Shown here in pieces: positions 1-12,983 of a stretch of DNA of 32,000 bases. Below the pieces are notes generated by a model. The model was not told where the DNA came from. It worked only from the letters and a program-made list of their open reading frames with translations, and did no database searches. Source of the stretch: Zygophlyctis sp. KS116 (lineage: Eukaryota > Fungi > Chytridiomycota). The DNA is taken from assembly GCA_054661495.1 (NCBI GenBank), contig BAAFSQ010000033.1, positions 1 to 32,000 of the forward strand, in the 5' to 3' direction. Both the position numbers and the translations under genes were made by a program. Position 1 is the first letter of the stretch. The number at the start of each line of letters is the position of its first letter.

Positions 1-409
1 GGACAGATTTAGATTAATCAATACAAATTGTTTTGGTTGTTAAAATTAGTCTATTACTATTAGTCTTTGAGTTAACAAAAAAGAATTTTTTATTTTGATT
101 AAATAGCGTAAAAAAAACATTTGTCTGTATTGTTAGAGTTAAGAGTTGAATGAACACTTGGTCTTTTTGAATTTTTTAAAAAATAAGAATGCATTTTGAT
201 TTTTACAAATATTAAAAGATTGAAAATAAATTTATAATTTCTAGAGTCGAAAGAATATAATAAGAATTCTGATCATTTTAAATTTAGAAAATAGATTTAA
301 CCGTGTCCGAGTCCGAATATTATAAACTTGTAAATTACTACAAAGATGATTGATTACATAAGAAATATAATGGTGCAGAATGCAATTTTAAGCCCTGTTC
401 AAACTTTGA

Positions 410-3400
410 ATGAAATCTCTCTTATCAGCGGCGAGAAAGGCTTTGGATGAGTCGGAATTTGAGTTGGCATTAGAGAATTGTAACTTGATAATTGAACAGG
501 ATCCTAAAAACTATCATGCTCATCTATTCAAAGGATTTGCATTCTCTAAAACAAATAAATTGGATTCTGCAGTTGAGGAATTTGAAATTGCAGTCTCTTT
601 AAACCCGGACATTCCATTGGCTTATCAGGGATTGATTTCTATATCTCAAAACGAACCTCAGAAATTGATATCTTATTACAAACGTTTGGCTCAAATATAT
701 TCAAAAGATCAGCCTCAAAAGTACTATGAACTAATGATCAAAATGATTGATATATATACTGGTTTGAAGGACTTTGATTCAATTATTTTGATTTGGGAAA
801 AGATGCTGCCGCGATCGCAGGAATATAGTATTTTGAAGGATCACATAGAGTTTACTACTCTGGAAATTTGGGAATTTATTCTTAAAGCTGCTACAGAGAG
901 AGATTTGTATGAATATGACAAGGAATGGCAGATTCAGAAATTTAGAATTCAATCAAAATCAATGGACTTGGTTAGAAAAGATATTGAAAAAGAGATTAAT
1001 TTAAGATCAAAGGTAAGATTTGTTTATGATGAATTGGTAGGTTGGAGAAGCCATTGAAAATATTTTGATAAGAATCGAAAAAGGAACTTCTTACTATCAC
1101 TCTTTATGTAATCAATTAATTGGTTTTTTGTACAAACATCTGCAATTCAATGAGATCATCCAGGCTAAAGAAAAGGTATAGATTACTATTTTTTATTGTA
1201 AAGATTTTGGAACGAATTTTACAACTTTGCGATATCTTTCATTCAATTCCACATTCTCAATTAGAGTATCTGGAGCCATTTAGAGTAGAGTTTGAATTAA
1301 AAGACTTTAGGATTGATGATTATGATTTAGAAATTGTTGAAAGAGTTCAAACTGGGTTTAAAGACATAAAGTTTGGTTTAACTTGCTCATTTTTACGTGC
1401 TATACGACAGAATAGTGCTGATATCAAAAATTTGATTATAAGATCTGATAATTTAGATGGAAATGATGAATTTATTTTTTACCAAGTCATGGCTGTAGCC
1501 TTTGGACGTGCTGGATGCGATGATCAAGCATTGGAATGGGCAGAAAAGGCTCAAAAATGTCTCCTGAATCTTTCAAACAATACTGGTATTAAATTTAATA
1601 GGTAACTAGTCAATGACTTTACGTTAGACGTTTTGAAGAATTAGAATATTTAAAAGCTTTAGTTCTTTGTCGTCTAGGTGGAAGTTATTTAGCAGAATCA
1701 TTATCAATCTATCACAGGCTTCTTGAAATTGACTCTTTGAGCCGTGATGCACTGTTGGGTGCAACGGAAGTTATGATAAAGCTCAAGAATTGGCAAGCTG
1801 CGGCGGAATATTCTCAAAGATGCCTAGAAAATAATGGAAATGATCCGCAAGCCTTATTAAATAGAGGATGGGTTGCGTTCTATCAAAAAGATTTAGAATT
1901 GGCCTTACGTCTAGTCAATTTATCAAATGAACTGCATCGAGATGCTGACTGTTTATACAAATTGGGTCGGATATACTGGGAAATGGGAGGTAAGTTAGCT
2001 ATCCTAATATCAGGCGAATATAAAAATTCAAAAGAGTATGCACTATCTTATTTTCTCCAATCAGCAAAAGAAAACACAAGTTATGCTCCTTCTTTTTGTT
2101 ATTTAGGATTCTACTATGATTTGGTAGAAAATGATCATAATCGGGCCATTAAATGTTTTCAGAAAGCGATACAATTGGACTCTTCCAACGCTGATGCGAA
2201 TAAAGCGCTAGTCATGCTAAAACTCAAGGAGAGGAAAGAATCTGAAGCTATTGAAATTCTTCATTCGTTTTGTGGGCACTATCCAAGGAATGACTGGGCA
2301 CATAAAAGTTTAGGGGTTCTTTTGGTTGTAATTTGATACATTTTCGCTAAAACTAGAATTCAGGTAAATATGCAGATGCAATCTTTCATTTTAATCAATC
2401 GTTGCGTTATGATTCCAAAAACTGTTCAGTCTGGACTTTACTGGGTCAGGCTCTATCGCACGAAGGTAAATATGTTGCTGCTTCAAAGGCATTTGAAAGG
2501 GCTCTTACCTTTGCGGAGATGGAGAAAGAGCATGTCAATATATCATATCGCTTATCGTCAGTTTACCTGAAATTGGGCGAGATTGTAAAGGCAGCATCAG
2601 AGTTTCAGAAACTTCTTAAAAGTATCCCAAATCATTTTCCGACTCGATTAAAACTTGTGGAAACTTATATGAGCCTCGCAAATGAAAAACGGCAAAGTGG
2701 AAGCTATGCAGGATACAAAGAATATCTGAGATGTGCATTGGAAATTTCTATTGAAGGATTGAAATATCCCTTCAAATCAGTTTGGTTATTTCGGTTTATT
2801 GGGCGAATACTTACTCTTTTTATGAAAAACGGCATTATTTGCAGCAGCGAGATACTTGATACATGTTTGAATTCAATGAACCTTTTCATAAGAGATACAG
2901 ACGAACATTTTTTACAGGATTGTAACATATCTTTTGCAAGCGTATCTTTCGGATTACTTTTTGAGTGCACAGTTAAGACATTGGTAATTGCTTTTAGAGA
3001 AGCTCGAGAGCTACCAGACTTACAAGCATTTTGCTTATACGATTTGGCATTATGTTTCTATTTCGGATATTATATGACAGAAGAAACTAACATCACGCTT
3101 TTAAAAAAAGCTATACAGATTATTCAAATATGTATGGAGGTTTTACCGGATAGCGATATGTTTTGGAATTCCGCCGGTGTATTTCTTAAATCTCTAGATC
3201 CAGCCAGATCTCAACACTGCTTTATCAAGTCGGCACAGTTTGCAAATTCTGTAAGTTAAAATATAAATAATCGAAGGAACATGCCTGGGTCAATTTAGTT
3301 TTAATGGCAATTAAATATGATGATCTACAATTGTCTCAAGAATTAGTGAAAATTGCTATTATCTCATATCCGGAAAATCCTAAATTATGGCTATCGAAGA

Positions 3401-5183
3401 CTATTATTTCTAAATACCTCCATAAGAATGATAAAACTATTTTAGAGCACACATTTGAGCTTTCAGATGGTGCATTGGTATATTTTTCGCTTTAATGATA
3501 TAGCCTGATGTAAACTTTCTGTATTTGGAGTTTCTGCTATCGTCAAATAATCTAAAAAGCGTTGAAAGCGCGATAAGTAATGTACAGAAATCTGTGGAAT
3601 TTTTGCCAACAGATGTTGGATATATTAATTTGCTAGCTATGGCTTATGAAAGACTTGGCAACTATAGGCAGAGTCTGAGTCAGTTAAATACTATTTTGAC
3701 AGAAACTAAAGCAGATGAAAGGACTTTGGAAGTTTCACTAGCGTTAAGGACAAATACAGCCCGGTTGTTGTGTATGAATTCGCTCTATCCTAGCGCTATG
3801 GATATATTTGAATCGATTCTTGAAAATGGAGCTTTTGATGATTCATTTAATCTTATTTATTTAGGAATCTGCCTTTTCAAATTAGAGCGTTTTGAAGAAT
3901 GTCTTAAAATCATGGATTTAGCGATTGAAAATTCATCCGATCCATCAGTAGAGAGTGAACTACTCATAACTTTAGGGAGAATTATATTTAACGTAGATGA
4001 GATTGATGGAAATTTCGAGCTTGCAAAAGAACAATTCTTTAAATGGTATACTATTTATTCCAGTAAATTGACAGTATAACGCATGATATTTCTAATACAG
4101 ATGCTTTATTTGGAATTTTGGCAGTAGCGATTGTCTTGAATGACCCACTTATTTCTGAAAGTGTTCTTCAAGAACTTGAAAATTGTCAAACATATTCAAC
4201 TGATGTGTCATACTGGATTGGCGCATATCATGAACTCAATGGTAATATTCGTGATTCGAGATCAAATTATCTAAAAAGTTGTCATCATTTTCCAACTTTA
4301 GCAACTTCTTGGAACCATTTATTAAGATTTTGCTTAATGGAGGATCCGAATGCAGCTGAGTATGCACTGAAGTCTCTGAATATTATTTTTGAATCAAATA
4401 ATTTTCCAGGAGATGTTGATATACATGTCGAAAAATTGTATTTGGAAGGATTATTCCTATATTGCTCAGGATTAATGCAAGATGCCCGAAGTTCTTTAAT
4501 CAAAGCTCTTCATTTCAGACCTCAGACACCGAAGATATTGGCAACTCTTTACTTATGCGAGAAAAATATTTCAAGCAGAATTCGTATTAGAGAGCAGCTA
4601 GAAGCTTTAAGTCAATTGGGCTTCACGAAAGCCAATCATTATCTCCAAGAAATTCAACTTGAGGTCGGATCGGATATTGAACGAAATGCTGAATCTTTTA
4701 TTGCTCAATTAAGAAGCACTCAAGACCAAACCGTGAATCTGAAATTATCTATTGTACTCTTTAACAAGGGGGACTATGAAAGCGCACTGGCATTTGTAAA
4801 AAAGTATTTGGAAGTCAATCAGAATGACATTAAAGGACTAGAGGTAAAAAAAATTAACTTAAATCAAGGTTCTAGTAGCAGTATTAGCAAATTTAAAGCT
4901 TTGGTCGGAAGTGGAATCTGCCTACCAACTTGCGCTTAATATTCAGAAGCGTCCAGTTGAGAAGGTTGTGATTTTGTACAGGCTTTTAAAGCATTATATG
5001 GAATTAGGCGACTACAAAAATTCCAGTGAAACTTTAACAAAAATCTATGAACTGGAAGGAGAAAGCTCAATGCAAAAATTGATCCAGGCAATAATGCAGA
5101 AACGGAACGGCAATTTGATTAAAAGTCAAAAAATATTAGATTCGATAGAGGTGCATTACCGAAAGTGGGCGGATTTAATATGA
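410..5183 (+). CDS. SKI3: Superkiller complex TPR protein Ski3 (TTC37/SKIC3), 10 exons
   Basis: TPR-rich ORF pieces (MKSLLSAARKAL...DPKNYHAHLFKG; YAPSFCYLGFYYDLVENDHNRAIKCFQKAIQLD; RSQHCFIKS) join in frame after removing GT-AG introns 1013-1040, 1176-1203, 1602-1627, 1990-2013, 2328-2356, 3251-3276, 3478-3503, 4046-4074, 4844-4868. Confidence 0.88.
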
Positions 5184-5199
5184 TCTTTTGTGTTCTATT

Positions 5200-8100
5200 T
5201 TAAACATAATAACTGGGCGATATGAGTAGATCAGATAATTCATAAAGTTGATCTTCAGAAAACTTTGTTTTATCTTCTCTCCAATTGTCCTGATGTGTAC
5301 GCCTGAATTCCGCAAATATCTTTTTTACTTCTGGTCCTATTGGACTTACATAGGATACAAATCGAGATAAAGTTACTAAAGTCTCAGGCATCCAATCCAT
5401 TATTTCGTATGGAAAAGCCAAGATAAGTGCTCCAAGAGCAAGAAGGCTACCGTGGCATTTTAAAAGTAAATCACTTGCAATTTCTTTTGAATTGCGAGGA
5501 AGTTTTCCAGACATTAAAAACATGGTTGATGATTCTCTAATTTTCATGATAACATCTCTTCTTGAGCATCGGACTAGTCCAGATAAGGTAGTAGCAGAAA
5601 GCTGTCGGATCTCCACTTGTGAATCAAATAGCAGATCACGAACATAATCCAAGACTTCTTCCTGTAATTCTCTTTTCAAAACATGCAAATTTTGAAAGTA
5701 GATTATCTGTAAAGCCGGAAGTATTCGCTTTCTGCGATGCCATGAAATGGCATCACCGTTAGACTTTGTATTCTTCAAATATTGCAGATATACTTTTATG
5801 ATTTTTGAAATCCCTGAAGGGGAATGAGGGAACATCGGAAATGAAACTTGAAAGACATGTTTTGCTAGTGTTTGTAGATCAGTATCAGAGGAGTCCTGCA
5901 TCAAGAATATTTCTGGTATGCAAATTAACAGATACGAAGCACTCGCATTTTGGTAAGATTGCAAACTTTCAATTGCATAAGCAAGAACTTTCAATTAATA
6001 TTTGCTAACTTATATACCTGATTTCGCGGTATTTTGATACTTTGCAACATTGTTTTCAAGCCTGCTCTTCTCTAATTCAGCAGCTATATTCAGCATTATC
6101 TGTTTAATTTCTAAATTTTCTTGAGGTATTAAAAGACTCGGATTAGTAAAAACTTCATCAATTGCTTTCAGTGAAGGGTGCCACTCTAACTTTATAAGAT
6201 TCGACATCAGTTTTCCAAGAGTGTCTCGAATCGATTTATAGGGATTATCTAAATGACGATGGTACAAATCAAGATATTCCATAATCATGGGATGAATTCT
6301 CCATGAAAATGTCAGGAATACTTCGTTGACAAAAGCAAGCTTTTTACTTTCTGTAAAGAATGACTCCGAGTCCGGTTCAAATACATTGCTAAATATCAAA
6401 TCAATTAGAGGTCTGATACGACGAGGATCTAATTTCCCCTAAGACATAAATACAAGAAATCTTACACAGCTAAAAGAGACAAATTCTCCCCAATATCGAG
6501 CACTGTCGGTCGTGGAAAACTGGATACCAGTTTTAATAAGCGGTACAATTTTTAGCCACATTTTGTCTCTTGATTTAATTGACCAATGTTTCGACCCGCG
6601 TATGACGCCAGCTAAGAATTCAGCAGCTGCTCTCTGTTTGCTTTTGTCTTCTACAGCAAGCACATAACTATTCACGTACTCTAAAGCAATTTCCAAGGGG
6701 GTTGGTCCAAAGCGAGAAAATATCCGTTTATAAAACAAGAACGAAGTGACGTTAAATGATTCGCCGAATTCGCTTACACTTTCTTGTGACATAAAACTTA
6801 GAAAGGTTTTCCAAAATTCACCCCTGTTTACCATTGCTTTGAGTATATGCTCCGAATCTGCAGATGATTCATCCCAAATGGGACAATCCTCACCGTCGAC
6901 TGCATATGCACGAAAAGTATTTGGAAAGCACATCCATCCGAAGCTACATCCATAATCAATATAATATCTAAGCTTTAATTTTCAATAAAATTTACGGAAT
7001 GTCGGCAAACATATTGTCCTGTTTGATCCAATTGGTAAAAGATTTTTGAAACTTTTGAGCCGAATCAGCATCAAGATTTATACTGAGTTTCAATTTTTCA
7101 ATTTTATTAGTTCCTTGCAAAGTAGCTCTCTTCTTTTGAACAACCAAGATCCTTATTGCAAGTGTAATGGAAGATTTTCGTAGAGCTGGATGTTCATTAA
7201 GAATAGTTTCAGCGACATATGTTGTCAATTCAGCTGGCACCGGCTGCTGATCACATAAGATTAGACCCAGAAAATTGAGAGCCATTCCAGAAAATCTCCA
7301 ATGTAAATTAGACTCCTTAAGCAGCTGCACCATATTCTTTAACTGGATAATTAAGTATAACAAAGATTACTAGATCTGAATAGCTATTTCTTGCAATTTG
7401 GGATCTTTTCAGAGAGACTTCTTCCATTCGCTTGAACTCGCTCTCACCATTTGGTAAAGCTCCATAGACACTATCCAGGCCCGCAGTTGGATAAGTAAAG
7501 GGTATTCCTGAAAACTGTAAAATATAATCAAAGAATAGCTTCCTTAAAATTTCTAAAGACTTTGGCTATTAAATTGAGAAAAACTTAACACGTACCCTTT
7601 CGATATTCTTTTCTGCTTTGACCAATGTAATGAGAAGCTGATGTGCAAAAGGCCAATGTCTTAATGTCATACCCAAGAACGAAGAGCTTCTCAGCACTTG
7701 GCATGCACCATCTATAACATCATCATCTTTTTCTGTCGAAGCAGCTGCAGATAGAATGGTAAGGTACTTTGGAAAGAGATCGTATTTGTAGGCAGAAAAA
7801 CATCTTAGAATACGACTTAGACAAGGGAGAGACGCTCGCCTTATTTGCGAATATTTGCTGATTGTGAAGTTAAAAATGGCATCGACAAGATCTTTATAAA
7901 TTGGCTCATACTTGGCTTTTGCTGAATTATACTTTAATCGAGAAAGGTGTAATAAAAACATTCGCTTAACTGCATATGTTCTTGGCAAATTCTTGTGATC
8001 CTCCTCGGATTTAATCATTGATTTGAGAAACGTTAAAAGTCTCGAAAATCCATCATATCGCCCGTTGTCGGTTCCTCTGTAGGTCATAAAAAGTAATATA

Positions 8101-10852
8101 TTCTTAATGAGAGATCTAACAGGCTCGATTGAATCCTCGCCATATCCACATAATAAAAGCTTTGAGATTCGAGCCAGTTCAGCTCCTACGCCCTCCCTTA
8201 ATTTCAAGAGCCTGGTAAAGCAGGGGTGATCTTTTGATACAGCATACATATTTTGTATCGGACATCGTTCGTGAGGTTCTTGAAATATGTCATCAAGAGG
8301 TGGCTCAAATACAGACTGTTCAGGCTCCAGCATTGCATTTATGCTCAAAATAATCGACTTTAACCAGCAAAGCCAGCGACAAAGATCATTGCTAAACCCA
8401 GAGGAAAGTGGGTCTACCACCTTTGATATATCATTTAGAGTTCGTTCGGCAAATTCTTCCAAAATACGAATGGCACATTCCACTTCAGCGTTATTTGGCA
8501 CATGCCAATCAATTGATAATTCATCAGGAGTATATGTCTTTCCATAATAACGAAATGCATGAGTTTTAAATTCTATTGTAAGAAATTATTATGCCAAATT
8601 ACCAGTGGAATTCCATATATTTGAAGGACAACTCCTTGTTTCTTTAATATACGTACATCCCAGGGAAAAACAAAGAGTTCGTAAAAGTTTAGCTGCCCAC
8701 TTATATCCGCGCCTTGAAACACAATGCTGATATGTTTTGTCAAGAATTTCCATAAAATCATCCGAATAATTTATTAAAGCTTCCCCCGATGTGTTGACAC
8801 AGCTAATGAGTATTGACTGAAAATAATGGAAAGGTGCATCAGACATTCTGGCAAAACCAAACGGATTAGGATTAGATGCCAAATGACTTCCGCCCACAAA
8901 AGTTGACGCCCCACCCCCCAATTCTAACATCATATTCTTTTTGCACAAGGGAACAAAAGCTGCCAGTCTTTTGCCAGGCTCTGGCCCGTGAACTGATCCA
9001 CAGAGGAATGAGATCGCTTTTGTAGCACTTGGTATTACATTTTTAGAGACAAAGTTTATGATTTTTGCCATGCACGCTTCTTGAATTTCTGAAGAAGCTT
9101 GACAAAATATCATTTCACATGACCACTAATTTTTAGATTCTATATGATTTAAAATTACCATGACCATTTCAATCAATGAAGTTTCTGAAGTTTGACGATT
9201 ATTTGAAGAGGATTCATGACCTTCTGGAAGGTTTTCAAAAAGACTGAATATTCTAGATAGAAAATGTAAGACCCAATCTTGAAGACCAATAGTATTTAAT
9301 CTAAATACTTCTTCATCTACTGATGCAGTGGTTTGTGAATTACTACATTCCACCAATGGAACAGTATGTAATAAAAGAATAATAAACAAGAGTGTTGCCG
9401 AGGCCTTTGAAGGATCATTCATATCAATTCCAGGTAAAGTTAGAGATAAAATCGGTATTAAATGATTTAAACCTTTTGGAAAATGAGAAAAAGTAAATAA
9501 CGGACGAGACACTGAACACAGCGCACCAATACAAGACAATGTCCTATGAGATTCCGTAAGACTTTCAAGAGCCGGATAAATCCTATCCAACAATGGCGGT
9601 AAAATCAAATCAGGAGCAATCCATGCCAAATTCTTTAGAGTAGCATGAGTTGCAACAATACAAGAATTATCCTTTGAAAACATTGACATTAAAGCCAAAG
9701 GCCTTAATAAAACCACAAATTTTTCAGAATCCTGTACAGAAAGTCTATTTTCCACGTCTGTTTGACACTCTAAACTTTTTTCTAGTAATTTAAATTTTTT
9801 AAAAATCTTACCAAGCCTTAATCTCTTTAAAAATTGACTAGATAGAGACTGTAAAAACCTTGCTAATCCCAAACTCCATTTCCCATAATTCGAAGGATGA
9901 TAATACCCTTCAACTGCCTGTAACAAGGTCTCTAAATGATTCTGAGAACCTAATCCAAATCTATCATTGGGAAACCATGTCCAGACCAGAAACCTAGCTA
10001 AATTATGTAGCCTGGACCCAATCCACCCTGTCAACTCCTGTTTCAAAGACTGATGCCAAGAAGCTTGTTGAACATTTCCTATAGGTAATCCCATTGCTGC
10101 TTGACCTTTATAGACTATAAAATCCACTAATTCCCTACTAAACCCAAATTTTCTAGAATCTAATACATTTTCCGAGACTAAATTAGCATAAATTTCCAAT
10201 ACTAGCCCATCAAAACTTGAATCCTGTACAATATTTTTCCAAATTTGAAAAAACAACTCTACCCATACTTTTTGATGTAATATTTTTTTTTCACTAGAAT
10301 TTAAACTATTAGAATTTGGTATAAATAATCCCAATAAAACCAATAAAACACTATTCCTCGTGTCTTTCAATCCATTTAAATTAATCCCACTTAAAAATTC
10401 AGAGAAAATATCTGTAATTTCTCCAGTATTAAAATACATTCTTGCAACTATTGTTAATTTTATCAAATTAGAATAATGTTTTAGAGTTCCTGGAAGCGGA
10501 GCATGACTAGATTTTACCAAGTAAACATTTTCCAATTGAGAATAAAGAATTCTCCAGTCCAAAACCAAATCAACAGATTTAAAAAGTTGAGATTTTCTAT
10601 AATTTTAAGAATTTAGAGTTACTTTAAGAGTCTAACAAGAGTATTAGATATTCCCTGTACTAAAAAAGGTTCAATTTCCACTTTTAGATGCAGTAAATTA
10701 TAAAAATAGTAAATTAATTCTATTCTCTTTTCTAAAAGTAATTCCTGTTTCAAGTCTAGCAGAGAATTGAATTCCTTGAGAGCAAATGAGAATCCAGGAA
10801 CATAATTTCTAGATTTGCTGGAGCAGTAGAGTGCAGCAATGACATTGTCCAT
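5200..10852 (-). CDS. BLM10: Proteasome activator Blm10/PA200 (PSME4), 10 exons
   Basis: Motifs EGYYHPSNYGKW, LPGIDMNDPSK, DPRR, FRRTHQDNW and C-terminal ISPSYYV (HbYX). Introns (plus-strand coordinates) 10597-10622, 9782-9811, 9126-9158, 8573-8602, 7566-7595, 7343-7370, 6968-6995, 6439-6465, 5988-6017 give one continuous frame. Start codon slightly uncertain. Confidence 0.95.
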
Positions 10853-10895
10853 TCCTCCTACTTAGACTGGTGTGTCTAGTGTTCTCGCTAGGAGT

Positions 10896-10944
10896 AGCAT
10901 AGGAGCACTATTGGAGCATAGGAGCACTGGAGCATAGGAGCACT
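10896..10944. repeat. Three imperfectly spaced copies of AGCATAGGAGCACT in the 94-bp divergent BLM10/BRCT intergenic region
   Basis: agcataggagcact attgg agcataggagcact gg agcataggagcact read directly. Confidence 0.9.
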
Positions 10945-10946
10945 TA

Positions 10947-12731
10947 ATGGTGGGAATGATATTCTCTGGAATCAGTCTGGAAATCAATTCGCTGGAAATA
11001 TCTCTTTCAGACTCTACTCAACTCTCAGAATGGATTACGGCTCATGGTGGGACTTTGAAAGAGTCTGAATTAATACTCTCCCTGCAATCAGTCAATGACA
11101 AGATGGCGATTTTACCTCATTGGATTGCAGATTCTGTATTACTGGACAGAAGGATTCCTTCAGAATATTATACTCTTCCAGATCCTGCTATAATGACTGG
11201 TGATTTTTCTAAAACTATAGATAATGTTCAAAAAAATAATCAAAATTCTGAAAATATTACTAGACTAGAGGGAAGAGTGTTTTATTTCGAGTCTAAAAAA
11301 GCTTTAAAGGAATTATTTAGAGGGTTGGAAGAGTTGGGAGCAAGAGTTGTAGAGGAAGTAGAGGAAAATGTCTCGGATTTTGTTTTGGAATTTAGAAGAG
11401 GTTCAATTTATAAATTTGCGGAAAGGAATTTAAAATGTATTGGATCTTCAGATTGGGTTAGAAAAATTATTAAAGATAAAAAATGGTTTGATCCAAAATG
11501 GAATTTGGTTTATTATCCTATTCCAGATTATTCAGTTCCAGATTTGGAAAATTCAATTATTACAGTTTCTGGGTATACAGGAGAAACTAGACTAAATATT
11601 GCAAAAATGGTTTTAGCAATAGGGGCTACTTTTACAAGATATTTAACTGAATCTCATACACATTTGATTTCGGCTTTTGATTCAGGAGAAAAATATGAAA
11701 AAGCTAAAGGTTGGAATGTTCATATTGTTAATATTACTTGGATTGAAGAGGTTTTTAAGAAATGGGCGCATCTTAGAGAGTCTAGTCCTAGATTTGTGGC
11801 TTTTAACACTGGATATTTAGAAATGGATACTAGAATTCATGATTTAGAGCAGTGGTTGGTGGATGAAGAGACTGGAGGGGATTCAGTGAATTTAGAGGAA
11901 AATATTTTAGAAAAAAATTTAGAAAAAAATCGTTCAGAGAAGAGACAAAGAGAAGAATCTACACTAAAGGAAAAAAGGCCATTGAATATACTAGAGACAG
12001 AGTCAGATTCGCATGCAAAAAGATTAAAGTTGGATCACGTGGTTACTTTTACTGGATGTAGGCCGTCAACAGAGGAAGAAAATGTACCTTTTTAAAGAAT
12101 TAAATTTAGTTTTTTAGGCTACAAGATGTTCAACTTGTTAAGTCGGTTTATGATTCTACAATTGTAGTGGCTGATAAAGTGGCACGAACAGAGAAATTTT
12201 TAGTAGCAATCAGTCTTGGGCTTCCAATTATATCAAAAACTTGGATAACAGAATCTTACTTGTGTAATAAGATTTTAGGTATTTTTAAATTAATCTAAAT
12301 ATTTAATAGATATTAAAGATTTTCCTCTAATTGATTCTGAATCTGAAGAAAAATATGAATTTGATTTGAATAAGAGTATGCAACTTGCAAAGACTAGAAA
12401 GTTGCTGGCTGGAATATCAGTCATGTCGACGCCAAAAGTAATTCCTGGACCAATTACTTTAAAGATGATTATTACTGCTGCTGGAGGCACTGTATGTTTT
12501 GATTCTATTGATAGTTAGTACTTGGAGAAACCATCGAGAAAAGATTTTATGGACTTTGCAAGAAAGTCAGATAAAGATCCTTTAAATTATCTAATCATAT
12601 CAACGGTTGAAGATCGGTTATCCTTTTCAAAATTAATTCCCACGTCTTTAAAGATGTATACAAGTGAAATACTGTTGACTGGGATATTGCGTCAGTGCTT
12701 ACCAAGAGACGATCCGACTATTATAGTATGA
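10947..12731 (+). CDS. Multi-BRCT DNA-damage scaffold, Rtt107/Brc1/PTIP-like, 4 exons
   Basis: BRCT motifs ITVSGYTGETR...IGATFTRYLTESHTHLI...KYEKAKGWNVHIVNITWIEE and, after splicing, RTEKFLVAISLGLPIISKTWITES, IITAAGG, YTSEILLTGILRQ. Introns 12084-12109, 12279-12309, 12492-12518. Confidence 0.8.
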
Positions 12732-12983
12732 CCGTGGTCCATTCAATGGGAACAGTTTGACTTGTATAATGGAAAATAAATATATTAATCACTCAAATGT
12801 ATGATAGACTGGATTCAGAATCTATAAAAATTCTGAATTGAAATCCTTCACTTTAATGTATGCATCGTTTCCAGCGTGAACATGCCCAACTATTAGAGCA
12901 GCCACAGGATATCAATGCAATTATTTACAAAAGAGTAATAATTGTTGAATAGAGACTTATATTAAACTAGGTACATACTAATA

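Noticed and set aside
2370-8761. Small overlapping ORFs (2370-2570, 2704-2970, 4285-4503, 5805-6008, 6746-6955, 8287-8547, 8573-8761)
   Set aside because: Antisense or off-frame shadows of SKI3 and BLM10 exons with no recognisable motifs.
410-10852. Fragmented ORFs as pseudogenes, alternative genetic code or programmed frameshifts
   Set aside because: Every break is repaired by a canonical short GT-AG intron under the standard code.
10896-10944. Triplicated 14-mer as a CRISPR array
   Set aside because: Eukaryotic context, spacers of only 2-5 nt, no cas genes.
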